A stretch of 63,940 nucleotides of DNA, the filler included. It is 5 parts of 5 records of this genome, joined end to end, with 100 filler letters (N's around TTAATTAATTAA, not from the genome) between each part and the next. Parts side by side here need not be neighbours in the genome. Positions count along the whole stretch, not along the records: positions 37,004 to 51,296 come from SRR2962707_2455; positions 51,397 to 58,730 come from SRR2962707_2457; positions 58,831 to 63,940 come from SRR2962707_2466; 2 more parts are not named here. One strand, written 5' to 3'. Shown piece after piece: positions 47,591-58,831 of this stretch; position 1 is the first letter of the stretch, and each line of letters opens with the position of its first letter. The notes under the pieces are model-generated. The model saw only the letters and a program-made list of their open reading frames with translations. It made no database searches and was not told where the DNA came from. Made by a program: the position numbers and the translations under genes.

Positions 47591-48331
47591 TTAAGCTTTA
47601 AGCGAGCGTGCGATCACACTTGTTACCGCATCCCCGTGATCGGTGATGAAGAAATGGCCACCAGAATAAACATGCTTTGCAAAATGGCCTGTGGTCGCAT
47701 CACGCCAACCATCAAGCTGTTCTGGCACGGGGCTTGTATCATCCGCCCCACCAAAGACCGTAATCGGGCAGGAAAGCTCTGGAAGTTCGTTCGAAACGGC
47801 TGTTTCAGAAAGCTTGAAGTCGGCACGAAGTGGCCCTTCAAACAGACCACGATATTCCGCGTTCTCAAGAATTTCGGTTGGCGTGCCGCCATATTTGGCA
47901 ACTTCCTGCCAAAACGCCGCCGACGATAAAGCATGTAATGGGGCACGCGTCATTGCACTATCCGGGCTGCGCCGTGCGGCGAGGAAAAGATGCTCAGGCC
48001 CCAGCGCCCCTTCTGAAACAATCTGACAGGCCAGATGATGGGAAATGATCGCCCCCATGGAATAGCCAAAAAACGCATAAGGCTTATCGGTCAAGGGCAG
48101 GATCGCATTGCTGATTTCAGCAACCATGACATCGATTGTATCAATCAATGTTTCGCCGAACCGTTGCTCCCGGCCCGGCAAACACACCAATACCAATTCA
48201 ACATCATCAGGCAGTGAAGCACGCCAGGATCGGTAAAATGATGCACCGCCTCCAGCAAATGGAAAACAGAACAATCGCATCCGTGCAGGTACCTGACCCG
48301 ATAAAGTCACGAACCACTTGCTGCTCTCCAT
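47591..48331 (-). CDS. Type II (editing) thioesterase, GrsT/RifR-like
   Basis: RLFCFPFAGGGAS, LPGREQR, GYSMG, LRADF and GGHFF motifs. Confidence 0.93.
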   Translation of the reverse strand: MESSKWFVTLSGQVPARMRLFCFPFAGGGASFYRSWRASLPDDVELVLVCLPGREQRFGETLIDTIDVMVAEISNAILPLTDKPYAFFGYSMGAIISHHLACQIVSEGALGPEHLFLAARRSPDSAMTRAPLHALSSAAFWQEVAKYGGTPTEILENAEYRGLFEGPLRADFKLSETAVSNELPELSCPITVFGGADDTSPVPEQLDGWRDATTGHFAKHVYSGGHFFITDHGDAVTSVIARSLKA

Positions 48332-48476
48332 TGATGCCTCGTTCCTGTCCTGTGCAAACCTGCCTTACTTGTTACCATCCTGTCGCAATGAATGAAGAAA
48401 TATTTCGACCAATTGGCATCACATACCGTTTTGACGCCCAGCAAACACGTCTTGGATCGAGCTGAATAACAGCGGA

Positions 48477-50252
48477 CTACTTGGCGATAAAGGCCCGCCA
48501 GCTGCCAAGTTTTGTAATCTCGGCCGCGCCCACCAAGCCTGCCCCTTCGCACAGGAAGCCCTTTTCCATCGTACCGTCTTCAAGCTCGACCGAGCCAAGA
48601 CAAAGCGGCGATGGAATACCGGCAAGGAATCCTCCGACTTCCGATTTTGGCAAGGCCCAGACCTCAACGTCAATCGCCCCGCCACCTTCGGCAACGGCAA
48701 CCATCCCCGGTCGTTTTGGCGGGCCGCCTGCCAAGGCATAGAAATTGTATTTTTCTGCGGTTTTGGTTTTGCGCACTAAACGGGCTCCCCGACCCGTCAG
48801 TTCACCGTTTAGCGGCAAGCCGGACATATGCGCACCACAAACAACCATCCCGATTTCATCTTCGCCAATGGTCGGATCCGGCAGATCTGGTTTGATGCGT
48901 TCCCAACCGGTCGCGCCCACATCACCGCTTTCCATCGCCATTGCCAATGAAGCAACCATGGCATCTTCGCCCATGCGCGCCAGAATGGTCAGACTGCCCG
49001 GACGGCTATCCTTGCGCGGGCCGGTCGGCACTGCGATACCGCACATATCAAGCAAATTGACGAAATTAGTATAGGTTCCCAACCGTGAATTCGGCCCGAT
49101 TGGATCGGCTGTAATGTCATCAACCGAAACAAATTGCGGGATGGTCGGCACACAAATGGCGTCAATGCCAACAAGGGCTTCTTCGCATTCGCGCGCCAGT
49201 TCTTTAAGACGATAAATACCGTTAAACGCATCGACCGCCGACAATTTCAAACCCGGCTCCAGAATGGCGCGTGTCGTCGGGTGAAGGGTTTCGGGCTTTG
49301 CGGTCAGCCATTCACCAACGGCGGCAACCCGTTCAGCCACCCAGGCACCTTCATAAAGCATCTTGGCGACATTATAGAACGGCGTGAAATCGATCTCGGT
49401 GACTTCGCATCCCAGCAAAGACAACTTTTCCACATCCTGATGGAAGTGGTCGCGCTGAACCAAGTCATCAAATGTTTCAAGCGTTTTGGCATCGGGAACG
49501 GCAATGCGCATTGGCTGGACCGCGCCAAGACCGCCCGATTTGGGAAACTTGCGGGCATAGGCATCCGCCCCATCATATTGCGCAGCAACTTCGAACACTT
49601 CCCACGCATCAGATACGCCCAGTGCAAAGATCGAAATCGTATCAAGGGTGCGACATGCCGGCACAACCCCGCTTGCCGACAATGCACCCAAGGTTGGCTT
49701 CAGGCCGACAAGACTGTTGAGTGCCGCCGGAACACGGCCCGATCCAGCTGTATCGGTACCAAGTGAAAATGTCGCAATGCCATGCGCCACCGCAACAGCG
49801 GATCCCGAAGATGACCCGCCCGGCACAATAGCCGGATCAATGGCATTTTTCGGAACCGGATACGGGCTTCGCACCCCGACAAGACCGGTTGCAAACTGAT
49901 CGAGATTGGCTTTGCCCAAACAAATCGCGCCCGCCGCACGAAGCTTGTCGATCACAAAGGCATCGGATTTTGCGTCATAGGCAAAATCAGGACAGGCCGC
50001 CGTTGTCGGCATGTCCAGCACATCAATATTGTCCTTGGCAACAAATGGCACCCCCCACAAAGGCCTGCCATCATAGGCACCAAGTTCCTTGGCGGCGGCA
50101 ATCGCGGTTTCACGCGCCACATGGATAAAAATGCCCGGATCGTTGGTGGCATCAAACCTGCGAAATGCTTCTTCGATGACCTGCACTGGACTCACACCAG
50201 ATGCGTATGCCTGCCGCAAGGCGGCAAGTGTGAAAGGAAGATCAGCAATCAT
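48477..50252 (-). CDS. atzF: Allophanate hydrolase
   Basis: Amidase signature (KDNID, NLDQFATGLVG, GGSSSGSA, GTDTAGSGRVPA), LGTYTNFVNLLD and C-terminal VCGAHMSGLPLN domain. Confidence 0.94.
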   Translation of the reverse strand: MIADLPFTLAALRQAYASGVSPVQVIEEAFRRFDATNDPGIFIHVARETAIAAAKELGAYDGRPLWGVPFVAKDNIDVLDMPTTAACPDFAYDAKSDAFVIDKLRAAGAICLGKANLDQFATGLVGVRSPYPVPKNAIDPAIVPGGSSSGSAVAVAHGIATFSLGTDTAGSGRVPAALNSLVGLKPTLGALSASGVVPACRTLDTISIFALGVSDAWEVFEVAAQYDGADAYARKFPKSGGLGAVQPMRIAVPDAKTLETFDDLVQRDHFHQDVEKLSLLGCEVTEIDFTPFYNVAKMLYEGAWVAERVAAVGEWLTAKPETLHPTTRAILEPGLKLSAVDAFNGIYRLKELARECEEALVGIDAICVPTIPQFVSVDDITADPIGPNSRLGTYTNFVNLLDMCGIAVPTGPRKDSRPGSLTILARMGEDAMVASLAMAMESGDVGATGWERIKPDLPDPTIGEDEIGMVVCGAHMSGLPLNGELTGRGARLVRKTKTAEKYNFYALAGGPPKRPGMVAVAEGGGAIDVEVWALPKSEVGGFLAGIPSPLCLGSVELEDGTMEKGFLCEGAGLVGAAEITKLGSWRAFIAK

Positions 50253-50302
50253 TTTCGGTGTTCCGTCTGTGGCGTTGTTGCAATTTTCAAGGCAGATAAA
50301 AA

Positions 50303-51296
50303 TCAGGCAATTTCACGTTCGGGGGCCTGCGGGGCCGCCGAAAGCAATTCACGGGTATAAGGGTGTTGCGGGTTTTCCATCACCGTCGCGACCGGACCGG
50401 ATTCAACGATGCTGCCATTTTGCATGACGATCACGTGATCACAAAGCAACCGCACAACATTCAGATCGTGACTGACAAACAGATAACTCATGCCAAGTCG
50501 CACCCGAAGATCGGCCAAAAGGTTCAGGACAAGGGCCTGTATCGACACATCAAGGGCGGCTGTCGGTTCATCAAGGATCAGGAAATCAGGTTCCGTCGCA
50601 AGCGCACGGGCAATGCCAACGCGGGCCTTTTGCCCGCCGGACAACTGATGAGGAAACCGGTCCAGAAGATGTGCTGGAAACCCCGTCATTTCGGCGAGTT
50701 CTTCGGTGCGTCTGGTCACCGCATCACCGCGCATCCCCATCAGGCGAAGCAAAGGATCAGCAATTGCTTGGCGGGCAGTAAAGCGCGGGTTCAGGCTGTC
50801 TGTCGCGTCCTGAAACACCATCTGGATTTTAGGTCGCAATGGATGCTTGGCAAAGTCTGCGGCAGGCAATGTCGCAATATCTTCGCCGCGATAAAAAATG
50901 CTTCCCGATGTTGAATCAAGCAACCGCACCAACATTGATGAGGTTGTTGATTTTCCACATCCGGACTCCCCGACCAGTCCGACACTTTCACCTTCGTGAA
51001 TGGTAAAACTGATTTTCTTGACCGCATGGACCGGGCCGCTTTTACCCTGATAGGTCTTGGTAAGATTGATCACGTCAATCAGCGGCTTTTCACTGATGAT
51101 GTGCGGTTCAAGGTCCGGTCGCTCGCCATCCGGCAAAAGGGATCTGATGGTGCCGGTTCTGCGCGGGGTCGCATGGACTAGTTTACGGGTATAGGCGTGT
51201 TGCGGGTTGGTAAACAGCTCAACCGGATCACCCGCCTCGACAATCAGACCATCTTTCATCACCACGATCCGGTCGCAATATTGCGATGCCAGACCA
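50303..51296 (-). CDS. Peptide/nickel-type ABC transporter ATP-binding protein (tandem ATPase), 5' truncated
   Basis: End of a first ATPase domain (PQHAYT), then GESGCGKST, LSGGQ, LDEPT and VSHDL; frame open to the linker. Confidence 0.92.
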
Positions 51297-51396
51297 NNNN
51301 NNNNNNNNNNNNNNNNNNNNNNNNNNNNNNNNNNNNNNNNTTAATTAATTAANNNNNNNNNNNNNNNNNNNNNNNNNNNNNNNNNNNNNNNNNNNN
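51297..51396. other. Artificial contig linker
   Basis: 44 N + TTAATTAATTAA + 44 N. Confidence 0.99.
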
Positions 51397-51449
51397 GTGA
51401 GTGAGTGAGTGAGTTAGTTAGTTAGTTAGTGGGTGAGTGCGTGAGTGAG
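51397..51449. repeat. Compound tetranucleotide microsatellite (GTGA)n(GTTA)n
   Basis: gtgagtgagtgagtgagttagttagttagttagtgggtgagtgcgtgagtga at the contig start. Confidence 0.9.
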
Positions 51450-51494
51450 AGGCGTTCGCACAGCCACTGGTGGCTGTGTGCAGGCAGGATCATC

Positions 51495-54400
51495 ATGGCG
51501 ACGACGTCCTTCCGCCAGAGGACGCCGGGATGGGACACGTCCGTTGAGAGCGGCAACACACGTCGAAGTAGCAGTCGCTCCTACTACTTCGACGACCAGG
51601 ACGAAGAAGACGAGGGCGAGTTTACCGACGATTCAGTCGATGCCACGATGCACTTCCCTGGCACACCGCTGCCCAATGATCAATCGCTGCTGCAGCTGCC
51701 GCCCACTGGGGCGAGGACAACAATCGCAGATCCGCGCAACAAACGCCAGTCCGCGGACAGTCCAACTGCTTTCAACGGCAACAACGGCAGCGACGAGGCT
51801 GGTGTCCCACCGCGCTCGCTTCCCAAGTATGTGGCGGTGTCCCCAGTGTTTGTCGAGCCGTCTCTGCACGGCAGCGATTTGTCGAAGCTTCTGTATTGGA
51901 AGTGTGTGAAAGGCGACGTCGCGGCAGTGCAGACTCTGTTGAACCAGAAGGCTGACGTCAACTACACCGACCGCGTGGCAGGGACTCCGCTGCACGGCGC
52001 ATGCCGACACAACCAACTCGAGGTAGCCCAGCTGCTGCTGGACGCGCGTGCCGAGGTAAACGCAATGCCGCGTGTTGCCCGAGATGACTTTGTGAAGCAG
52101 GATGGCTCTGTGAGCTTTCCCCTGCAGACGCCATTGTACTACGCATGCCGTGATAACAACCAAGGCCTCATCGACTTCCTGCTGATGCGAGGTGCCGCCA
52201 TCGACTTTGTCAACAAGCAGCACGGCCTCGTGGACTCGCCGCTTAACTGTGCGCAGCAGTACGGCCATTTGCAGCTGTTTCTTGACCTCGAGCAGCTTAT
52301 TGGCACAGTCGCGACTCCTGTCATTCTTCAGCAACCGCCACAAAGTGAAGTTGTGCTCGAAGGACAAGCCCTTGTTTTGCACGTGCGAGCTCAAGCGGCC
52401 GACTACCCCTTGACCTACCAATGGTATCATGATGATGCTGCCATTCCTGGCGCTAACAATCCCCAACTCCGAGTTGACGTGGTTCACAAACTAATGCACG
52501 AAGGCACATATTGTTGCTTCGTGCGTGCTATGTATTCAAAGCTTACCGGCCTTGTTGAATTCCCAGCCACTCTCGCTGGCGGGCAGCCTGCCCCAGGAAC
52601 ATCTGGGTCCAATGATATTGTGTCTGATGCATGTTTAGTACGAGTTGAGAGCATGGTCGAGCGCTTGTCACGGCTCCGAGACCGCATCTCTGGCCAGAGT
52701 GATGAACTGGTCGCGCTTCGCGAACGTAAGCAGACACTTGATCGGGAGCTGGCTGAAGTGCGGTACCAGCTCGATGCGCTTCGCCCACAAGTGCAAGCTG
52801 TCCAACTTGATCGTGATTCTGCTACGCGGCGTTTACGGGCAGAATTGGAGAAGTTTTTACGGCTTAAGAAAAGCTGTTTGGTCATGATGGAAGACGCAGG
52901 GCAAACCGTTGCTGGTCTTTCAGACTTCGACGTACACTCTGATCTCGACATGACAATGCAGCGTATTATCGCTGAGGAGAAGTTGGCATCCGATTCAAAA
53001 GGGACGAGCATTGTAGAGGGCAGCTTCTTTGACTCGCAGTTCAAAAGCAAGATTGATACTCTCACCGAACGTGTGGAACACCTGGGGAAAGGCACTTTTT
53101 CTGCAGTCGCAAAGGTATGGCGACCAGCTTTTTTTTGGGGGGGGTTAAAACAATCACAATTGTCTCATCCATCCTTTCTGCTAGATTGTGATGTCAGCGC
53201 CACGGGTTGTGGCGCATCAAGCCAAGCACTGACATTCTGCACCGCTTACCTCATGTTATTGATTTCAGTACGAAGCTGCGGGTGCTGCATGGAACGATGC
53301 ATACAAAACGTTTCAGCAACTACGCGAGGATGCTTCCCGTACCAACTCCACCAACGAGATTATGCGCGATTTCCAAGAACTGGAAACTCGTGAGCAGACG
53401 CTTTCGCAGGAGCTTGAACAAGTGCACCGGTCGTTGTCTGCGACCACACAAGAGCTGAATTCCAACGAGCAAGAGCAGGTACAAGTGCGCCAAAAGTACG
53501 AAACTCTTCAAGATCTTATTCAAAATGCTTTCGAACCGCTATATCGCGGTGACGACGAAGGCGCCATCGATGCAGTCAAGCAACTCTTTCGGCGCGAGGA
53601 TCTAAAGTTGTCCGTGGCAATTGTCTTGTGTCAAATCACGAAGTATCTCGCGCGCAAACCGGCAAATGCACAGATTTTTCTGCACCGAGCAGGACTAGTG
53701 AGTTTGCTGCAGCGGTGCGGCGCCCGCTTTGGCCACGTGTTCGAAGCGCACAAGGATGGAGTCGTCGCCTTACTGTTGGGTGCGTCGCGTAAAGGACGTC
53801 AGTACACCACCGACGAGCTGCGTGTGTTCAACCAGCTCCAGGCAATCGACCATGCTCAATGCACCCACAACGTTGCGCAATTGCTGGATTTTGTTTCGGC
53901 GCACCGTTTCTACTTCGAAACTGCAGGGGGTGCCGGCCAGGGCATCGCACCCACAGTTGATTCGGACAGGGGTGTCGCAGCTGGTGCAGGCGACAGCTCA
54001 ACCGGCCATGCAGACGACGTTTCGGGGCTCCTCGTGACTGCGCCAAACCTGCCAGTCACGCTTCGACGATTGGTGGTGACAGCTACGCTAGATGCATTGC
54101 AGAAGAGTGTTTCATCGAATCCCTACGCGGCACTTGCGTTTGTGCAGCTTCGTGGAAATGTGCTGCTCCATGAATTGCTTGACGCAGAGTTTGCCCTCTT
54201 CTCCGGTGGAAATTCTTCACATACAAAGCAGCAGGGCAACCACTTCCAGTCAGGGCAACAGGAAGCCGATTACGATCAAAAGCACACACGAGGTCGGATC
54301 CAGTACGTTCTTGAGGTGTCCAGGGCGGTGCACAACTTGTGGTCCTCCGGTCATCCCAATTCTTTGTGGACAAATGCTGTCAACCGCAAATTGGACAGTA

Positions 54401-57384
54401 ATACAGGAATCAGGGGTAGCGCCGCCGCTGCATCCTCAGAGTTCACGATAGTCTCACAGCCGGCACACAATATTTTGGGCAGCGTTTTGGGAATTGTAGA
54501 TGAGTTTCGGGGAGTTTCATTGGGTCGCTTTGAGGCATTCCAAGGAAGCAGTGACCTGTCGCTGTGGTTCCGTCAGTCCAGTGTCGCCGAAACTGAGTCC
54601 GGTGACGGCACCAAAGGCGCCGATTCCCCTTCCGATGTTCTTGGCACTGGTAAGCTTTCTAAAAAGCTGATTGGGTCGATTGTGAATTCATCCTGGATTT
54701 GTGTCCTCGTCATGCTTATAAATCTGTTTCTTTTTCGTTCCTTGTTTTTATTTGTTTTCCAATTTTTACCGGTCGGGCTGCAGGCGCACAACACAAACCC
54801 TTGTCTTTTGCGATGGTGCTCTCGGTGGTTCACGCGCTCTGCCACGCAATTCGACGGGACAACATGGTGTCCAAACTCGTAACCAGCGACACGCATAGCA
54901 TCATTACTGCTTTGTCCGCTCTTGGCGACCTGTACCGGCAAACCATGGACTTCTTCAGAAGCGATCGCCTACCACCGGCGTTTCAACCTTGGTGCGTGTG
55001 TGCTTGATTTCATGTCAGTGTTTGTGTTGTGCGGTCTCGTGCAAAAGCTGACACAGTCGCACGTTCTCTCACAAACAAAAATGAACGCACAGGTACCAGG
55101 ATAAAGCATCGTCCGGGCGCCTACTTGCCAAATTACTTCAAACAATCGACCAACTGCACCTTGCTTTCTTTCTGCATTTCTCAAGCACGCACGCAGCGGG
55201 AAATGTTGCAGGCAGACGGCAAGATATTGCCAGCCGTGATAGCCAGGTGTTCCACGATCTTCAAACTTTCGGCATCACCACAACAGCGGCTCTCGGTGTG
55301 CTTGACGTCCCCCGTCTCACACAGATTTTGCGGCAACGCCAGCCATCAACGACGCAACAGCAAGCTCGAGTGGTCCTGCAACGGCTGCATTTCAACCTTC
55401 GCAAGTTCTCTGCTTTTTTGGATAGCCTTCGCGACTCGAAAGGGATCATTGACTTTCGCCGAGCCCATAAAGTAAATGAGCAATCGACAGTGCCTCAAGG
55501 CTCCAGCCTTTGGCAAGAGCAACAATTGGCACTCAAGGCTCGTGGGCCTGGGCAGCAGGAACACAAGCAGGGTGGGGTTAGGCCTGAGGAATTGGCGGAG
55601 GATGATCCAAAAATGTTTCACCTTCTAGATGGAGGTCGACAACTTGTTGTGTGGTTGCAGCGTCGCGGGCTCAACACACCCTCTTTTCGAGCTGCTCTTA
55701 TCCAAAATGATATCTTTGATATGGCAACTTTTGTGGTTCGTTGTTGCGTGTGCATGCCTTGAAATAATTTGGAGCTCATTTTGAAAACTAGCAACCCCCA
55801 AATGACTCGTTATAATTGAATTAGTCGCCCGGCTACTCTTTTGGTGGTGTGCTACTGGCCTTTTGGCAGGACGTTGCCCCCGAAGTGCTGCAGGCAATCT
55901 CTGAAGATGCGGGCCTTTCCGTCGTGCAAGCAGGTGCTTTACGCCGTGATATAACGGAATTAGTCCAGGTCCGCTTCGCAGCACTTGACAGTGTTCCGTC
56001 GTCTATTCTTCGACTGCTATACGCGGAGCGTGTTTATGCCATTTTCGTTTGAATTATCCCAGGCTCTTCCGTTGGATGTATTTGAGCTCGGCCGGCGTCG
56101 ATGGAGACTTGAAGTTCGCGTCGAAGACATTGACCCGGGATATTCACGCAAAACGAATGCTTTGAGCGTCCAAATTCTTGTGCAGCAAGCAGGCCTTGCA
56201 GAGCAAGTACGTTCATGATACGTCGCTCCATCACAATGATATTGCGTGATCCTGAAATGTTGGAACCGAGACAGCTGAGTCAACGTAATATTGTGTGGCT
56301 ATAACCATATGGGGTAGGTACGCGTGGCATCGGCCGACGATGGAAACACGTCTGAGGTGTTTGATGTCTTTGACCTGCGCTCAGTTCGAGTGCAAATGAA
56401 CGTCATTGCGAATGCTGGTGTGAACCATGACGCATACGACGAACCGGAGGGCAGCCGCAGCGAAGCTGGAAGCACCACCTTATTGGGTCAAACTCAGTTT
56501 CGCCTGACGACCTGCCTGCCCGCTAATGGCGCTCTTGGCACGTGGCAAGCTTTAGAGCCGCGAATGCTTTACACTCAGAGCAATGACAATACGCTCGGTG
56601 ATATGGCGGGCGGGGGCACGGTCACTACATCGCTTCGTATCATGCCAACGATATCTCCCGAAGAGATGCGACAGCAGCAAATATTAAAGCAGCGCCAGGC
56701 GGAGGACGACCGCAGGAGTAATCTTCTGTTAGCCAACCAGCAACACAAAGGCCACAGCTTGCAGCAGCACGAATCTCAAGAAAGCGAGGTCACAAGAAGT
56801 TCCGGCGAAACCGTGAGGCTTGATGTTGACTCAGCCGAGCAACGACAACGACAGGATATCGAGAGAAGATCGAGCGAAGCCTCTACTGCACGCAATGATG
56901 GCGAAGAAGAAAAGGTTGCGCCAGTTGCTGTTGTTGAAGATAAATGGGCCAGATTTCGCCGCGCTGGCCGCGCAGCAGTGTTTGCTCGCAAGCTGTGGCG
57001 CGTCAAGGCAAACTGGGGAGGCGCAAGAAAGCCTCCGCCGCCAGCTTCAGCAGTACCACGCCCGCAACCGAAAGTACCTTCACAATCGGACGATCATGTG
57101 TCCGAAGGTCGTGCTCCAATGGTTACTTCCGGGTCAAACAGTGGTCCTGCCGCAGCAGCTCGCCGGCGTATGACGAATCCATTTGCTGTGGCAAAGGTCA
57201 GTCGCCATGCGTTCTGTTGCATGTGTGTGCGTTGGCACACTTTTTTCAGCGACATTGTTTGGAAATGTGAGTCGTCCCGTTAGCTTTTGAGTTTCGTTTC
57301 TTTTTTGGTATTATTCTGATCCAGGCGATTGCTCGCTTGAGAAAGCAAAAAGAGTCTGCCGCAAAAGCCCAGCGCGGGGTGTAA
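51495..57384 (+). CDS. Eukaryotic 8-exon gene, ~1677 aa: ankyrin repeats, Ig-like domain, coiled coil, helical region, SAM-like and C2-like domains
   Basis: Exons 51495-53114, 53269-54649, 54784-54991, 55093-55735, 55870-55968, 56063-56206, 56318-57196 and 57325-57384. All seven introns are GT..AG (94-154 bp) and preserve the reading frame (5034 nt in total). Ankyrin motifs GTPLHGAC and QTPLYYAC; Ig motifs YQWYHD and EGTYCC. Confidence 0.85.
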
Positions 57385-57509
57385 AACCGACGCGATTCCC
57401 AGTTGTTTGTGAATCGTGCATCTGGGCTTGCATCCCCAAAATGTCAATGATTTCGATCACGGACGTGGAAAATATGGCAACCTCGTGTGAATATCGTAAA
57501 TAAAATAGT

Positions 57510-58706
57510 TTAGCAATCCTCGTTGACATCAAAATCATTCTGCTCGCGAATCGGCAGTCGTTTGCGGAGCTCATAAATCTGAATGTACTTCGAAGTGTAC
57601 GCATCGTCACATTCACAACTTGGCACCCGTGCTACTGAAAAGTGCTCATTGGCAGCTTTGTGAAAAGCCTGGCAACAACAATCGCGCAGACACGAAACCC
57701 GAGAACCCATGAAACGAACCTGAGACTTCAAAGTGTACAAAGAGTATCACGCTTGTTTACGCACCTTGTAGACCTCGTAATGCCCGATGGCTGTGTCGTA
57801 GGCAACGAAAGCGCGTGTGGAACTTATTAACTTCCCAAAATCGCTGCATTTGTCATCGCACATGCCTGATTTATCTGCGGCTGCTGGGCTGTGAAAGGTA
57901 TCGACATCGCTACGTTGGTTTGCAGTGTTGCTAACAAGGTCCGCCTCCGTGGGAGACAGACATGTGTGCGAGCGATTCGGCAACTCAACGGCCGATGGTG
58001 AACCATGCGACAAATCCAAAAGAGCTGCTATCAGTGGAGCGATTCCCTCCATGTCGTAAATGCAATCTGCAGCCATAATAAAGTCAAACGTGCGATTTTT
58101 TAGGCGCTTCTTGTCGCCCCAATTGTAATCCACAACCTCGACGGATCCTGTGCCACTCTCTGCGATGAGTTTCTCATTCAGCAGCGCGTTTCTTTCGAGT
58201 ACTGGAATCAATTCTTCCCGGTCAGTCGTCGTAACAATCGCTCCAACTGCTGCGGCCATAATGCCACAGACACCTGTTCCCGCGCCAAGCTCGACAACCG
58301 TGCGCCCTCGAACGTCCAGGCGGGTCGCAGCCGCACAAAAGTGGCCAAGGGACACTCCGCCGTTCCAAGAGACCGCCCCGGTCGCTGAAACTTGCTCTGT
58401 CTCTGAAAGTGTCTCGCGCAGGGGGCAACTGCCATCATCCGGAAGTTCTCGAGCGCGCATTTCCGGATCCTGGCGGAAGGTGAGAACCACAGGTCCCGGC
58501 GGTGATTGGGTGCCACCACAACTTTTGCGAAATCTGTCCTGAAAGGCCACAGTGAACTCTGTGCCCGACTGCGGCACGATCATCGGCGTCTCGTCGTTGT
58601 CGATAATCCAATCTTCGAAAAGTGCCTCCAGCCCTTCGAACACCGGTCCTCCATCAAAATCATCGGCGGCTGTGGCCGCCGCTTCACCAGGAGCAGCAGC
58701 CGCCAT
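57510..58706 (-). CDS. Eukaryotic METTL21/methyltransferase-16 family protein-lysine methyltransferase, 2 exons (~366 aa)
   Basis: TGAVSW, VVELGAGTG, TTTD, YNWG and ADCIY motifs. A phase-0 GT..AG intron at 57764-57669 joins YK to AFHKAANEHFSV..IQIYEL. Confidence 0.85.
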
Positions 58707-58730
58707 TTGGACAGGGCCCGAACCCCAACA

Positions 58731-58830
58731 NNNNNNNNNNNNNNNNNNNNNNNNNNNNNNNNNNNNNNNNNNNNTTAATTAATTAANNNNNNNNNNNNNN
58801 NNNNNNNNNNNNNNNNNNNNNNNNNNNNNN
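58731..58830. other. Artificial contig linker
   Basis: 44 N + TTAATTAATTAA + 44 N. Confidence 0.99.
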
Positions 58831-58831
58831 T

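Noticed and set aside
37004-51296. Lower-GC genomic island inserted in the GC-rich genome
   Set aside because: The composition shift coincides exactly with linkers. It is a different organism's contig, and no integrase or att site is seen.
51397-51449. Telomeric repeat or CRISPR array
   Set aside because: Short mixed tetranucleotide units with no spacers and no cas genes. No CRISPR array was seen anywhere in the window.
53115-53184. Shorter intron 1 using the CTAG acceptor at 53184
   Set aside because: It leads to an in-frame TGA after 15 codons. The acceptor at 53268 keeps the frame and has a branch-like motif.
51429-53393. Bacterial eukaryote-like ankyrin effector or horizontal transfer
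   Set aside because: Frame-restoring spliceosomal introns, a microsatellite and a neighbouring intron-containing gene show that the contig is eukaryotic.
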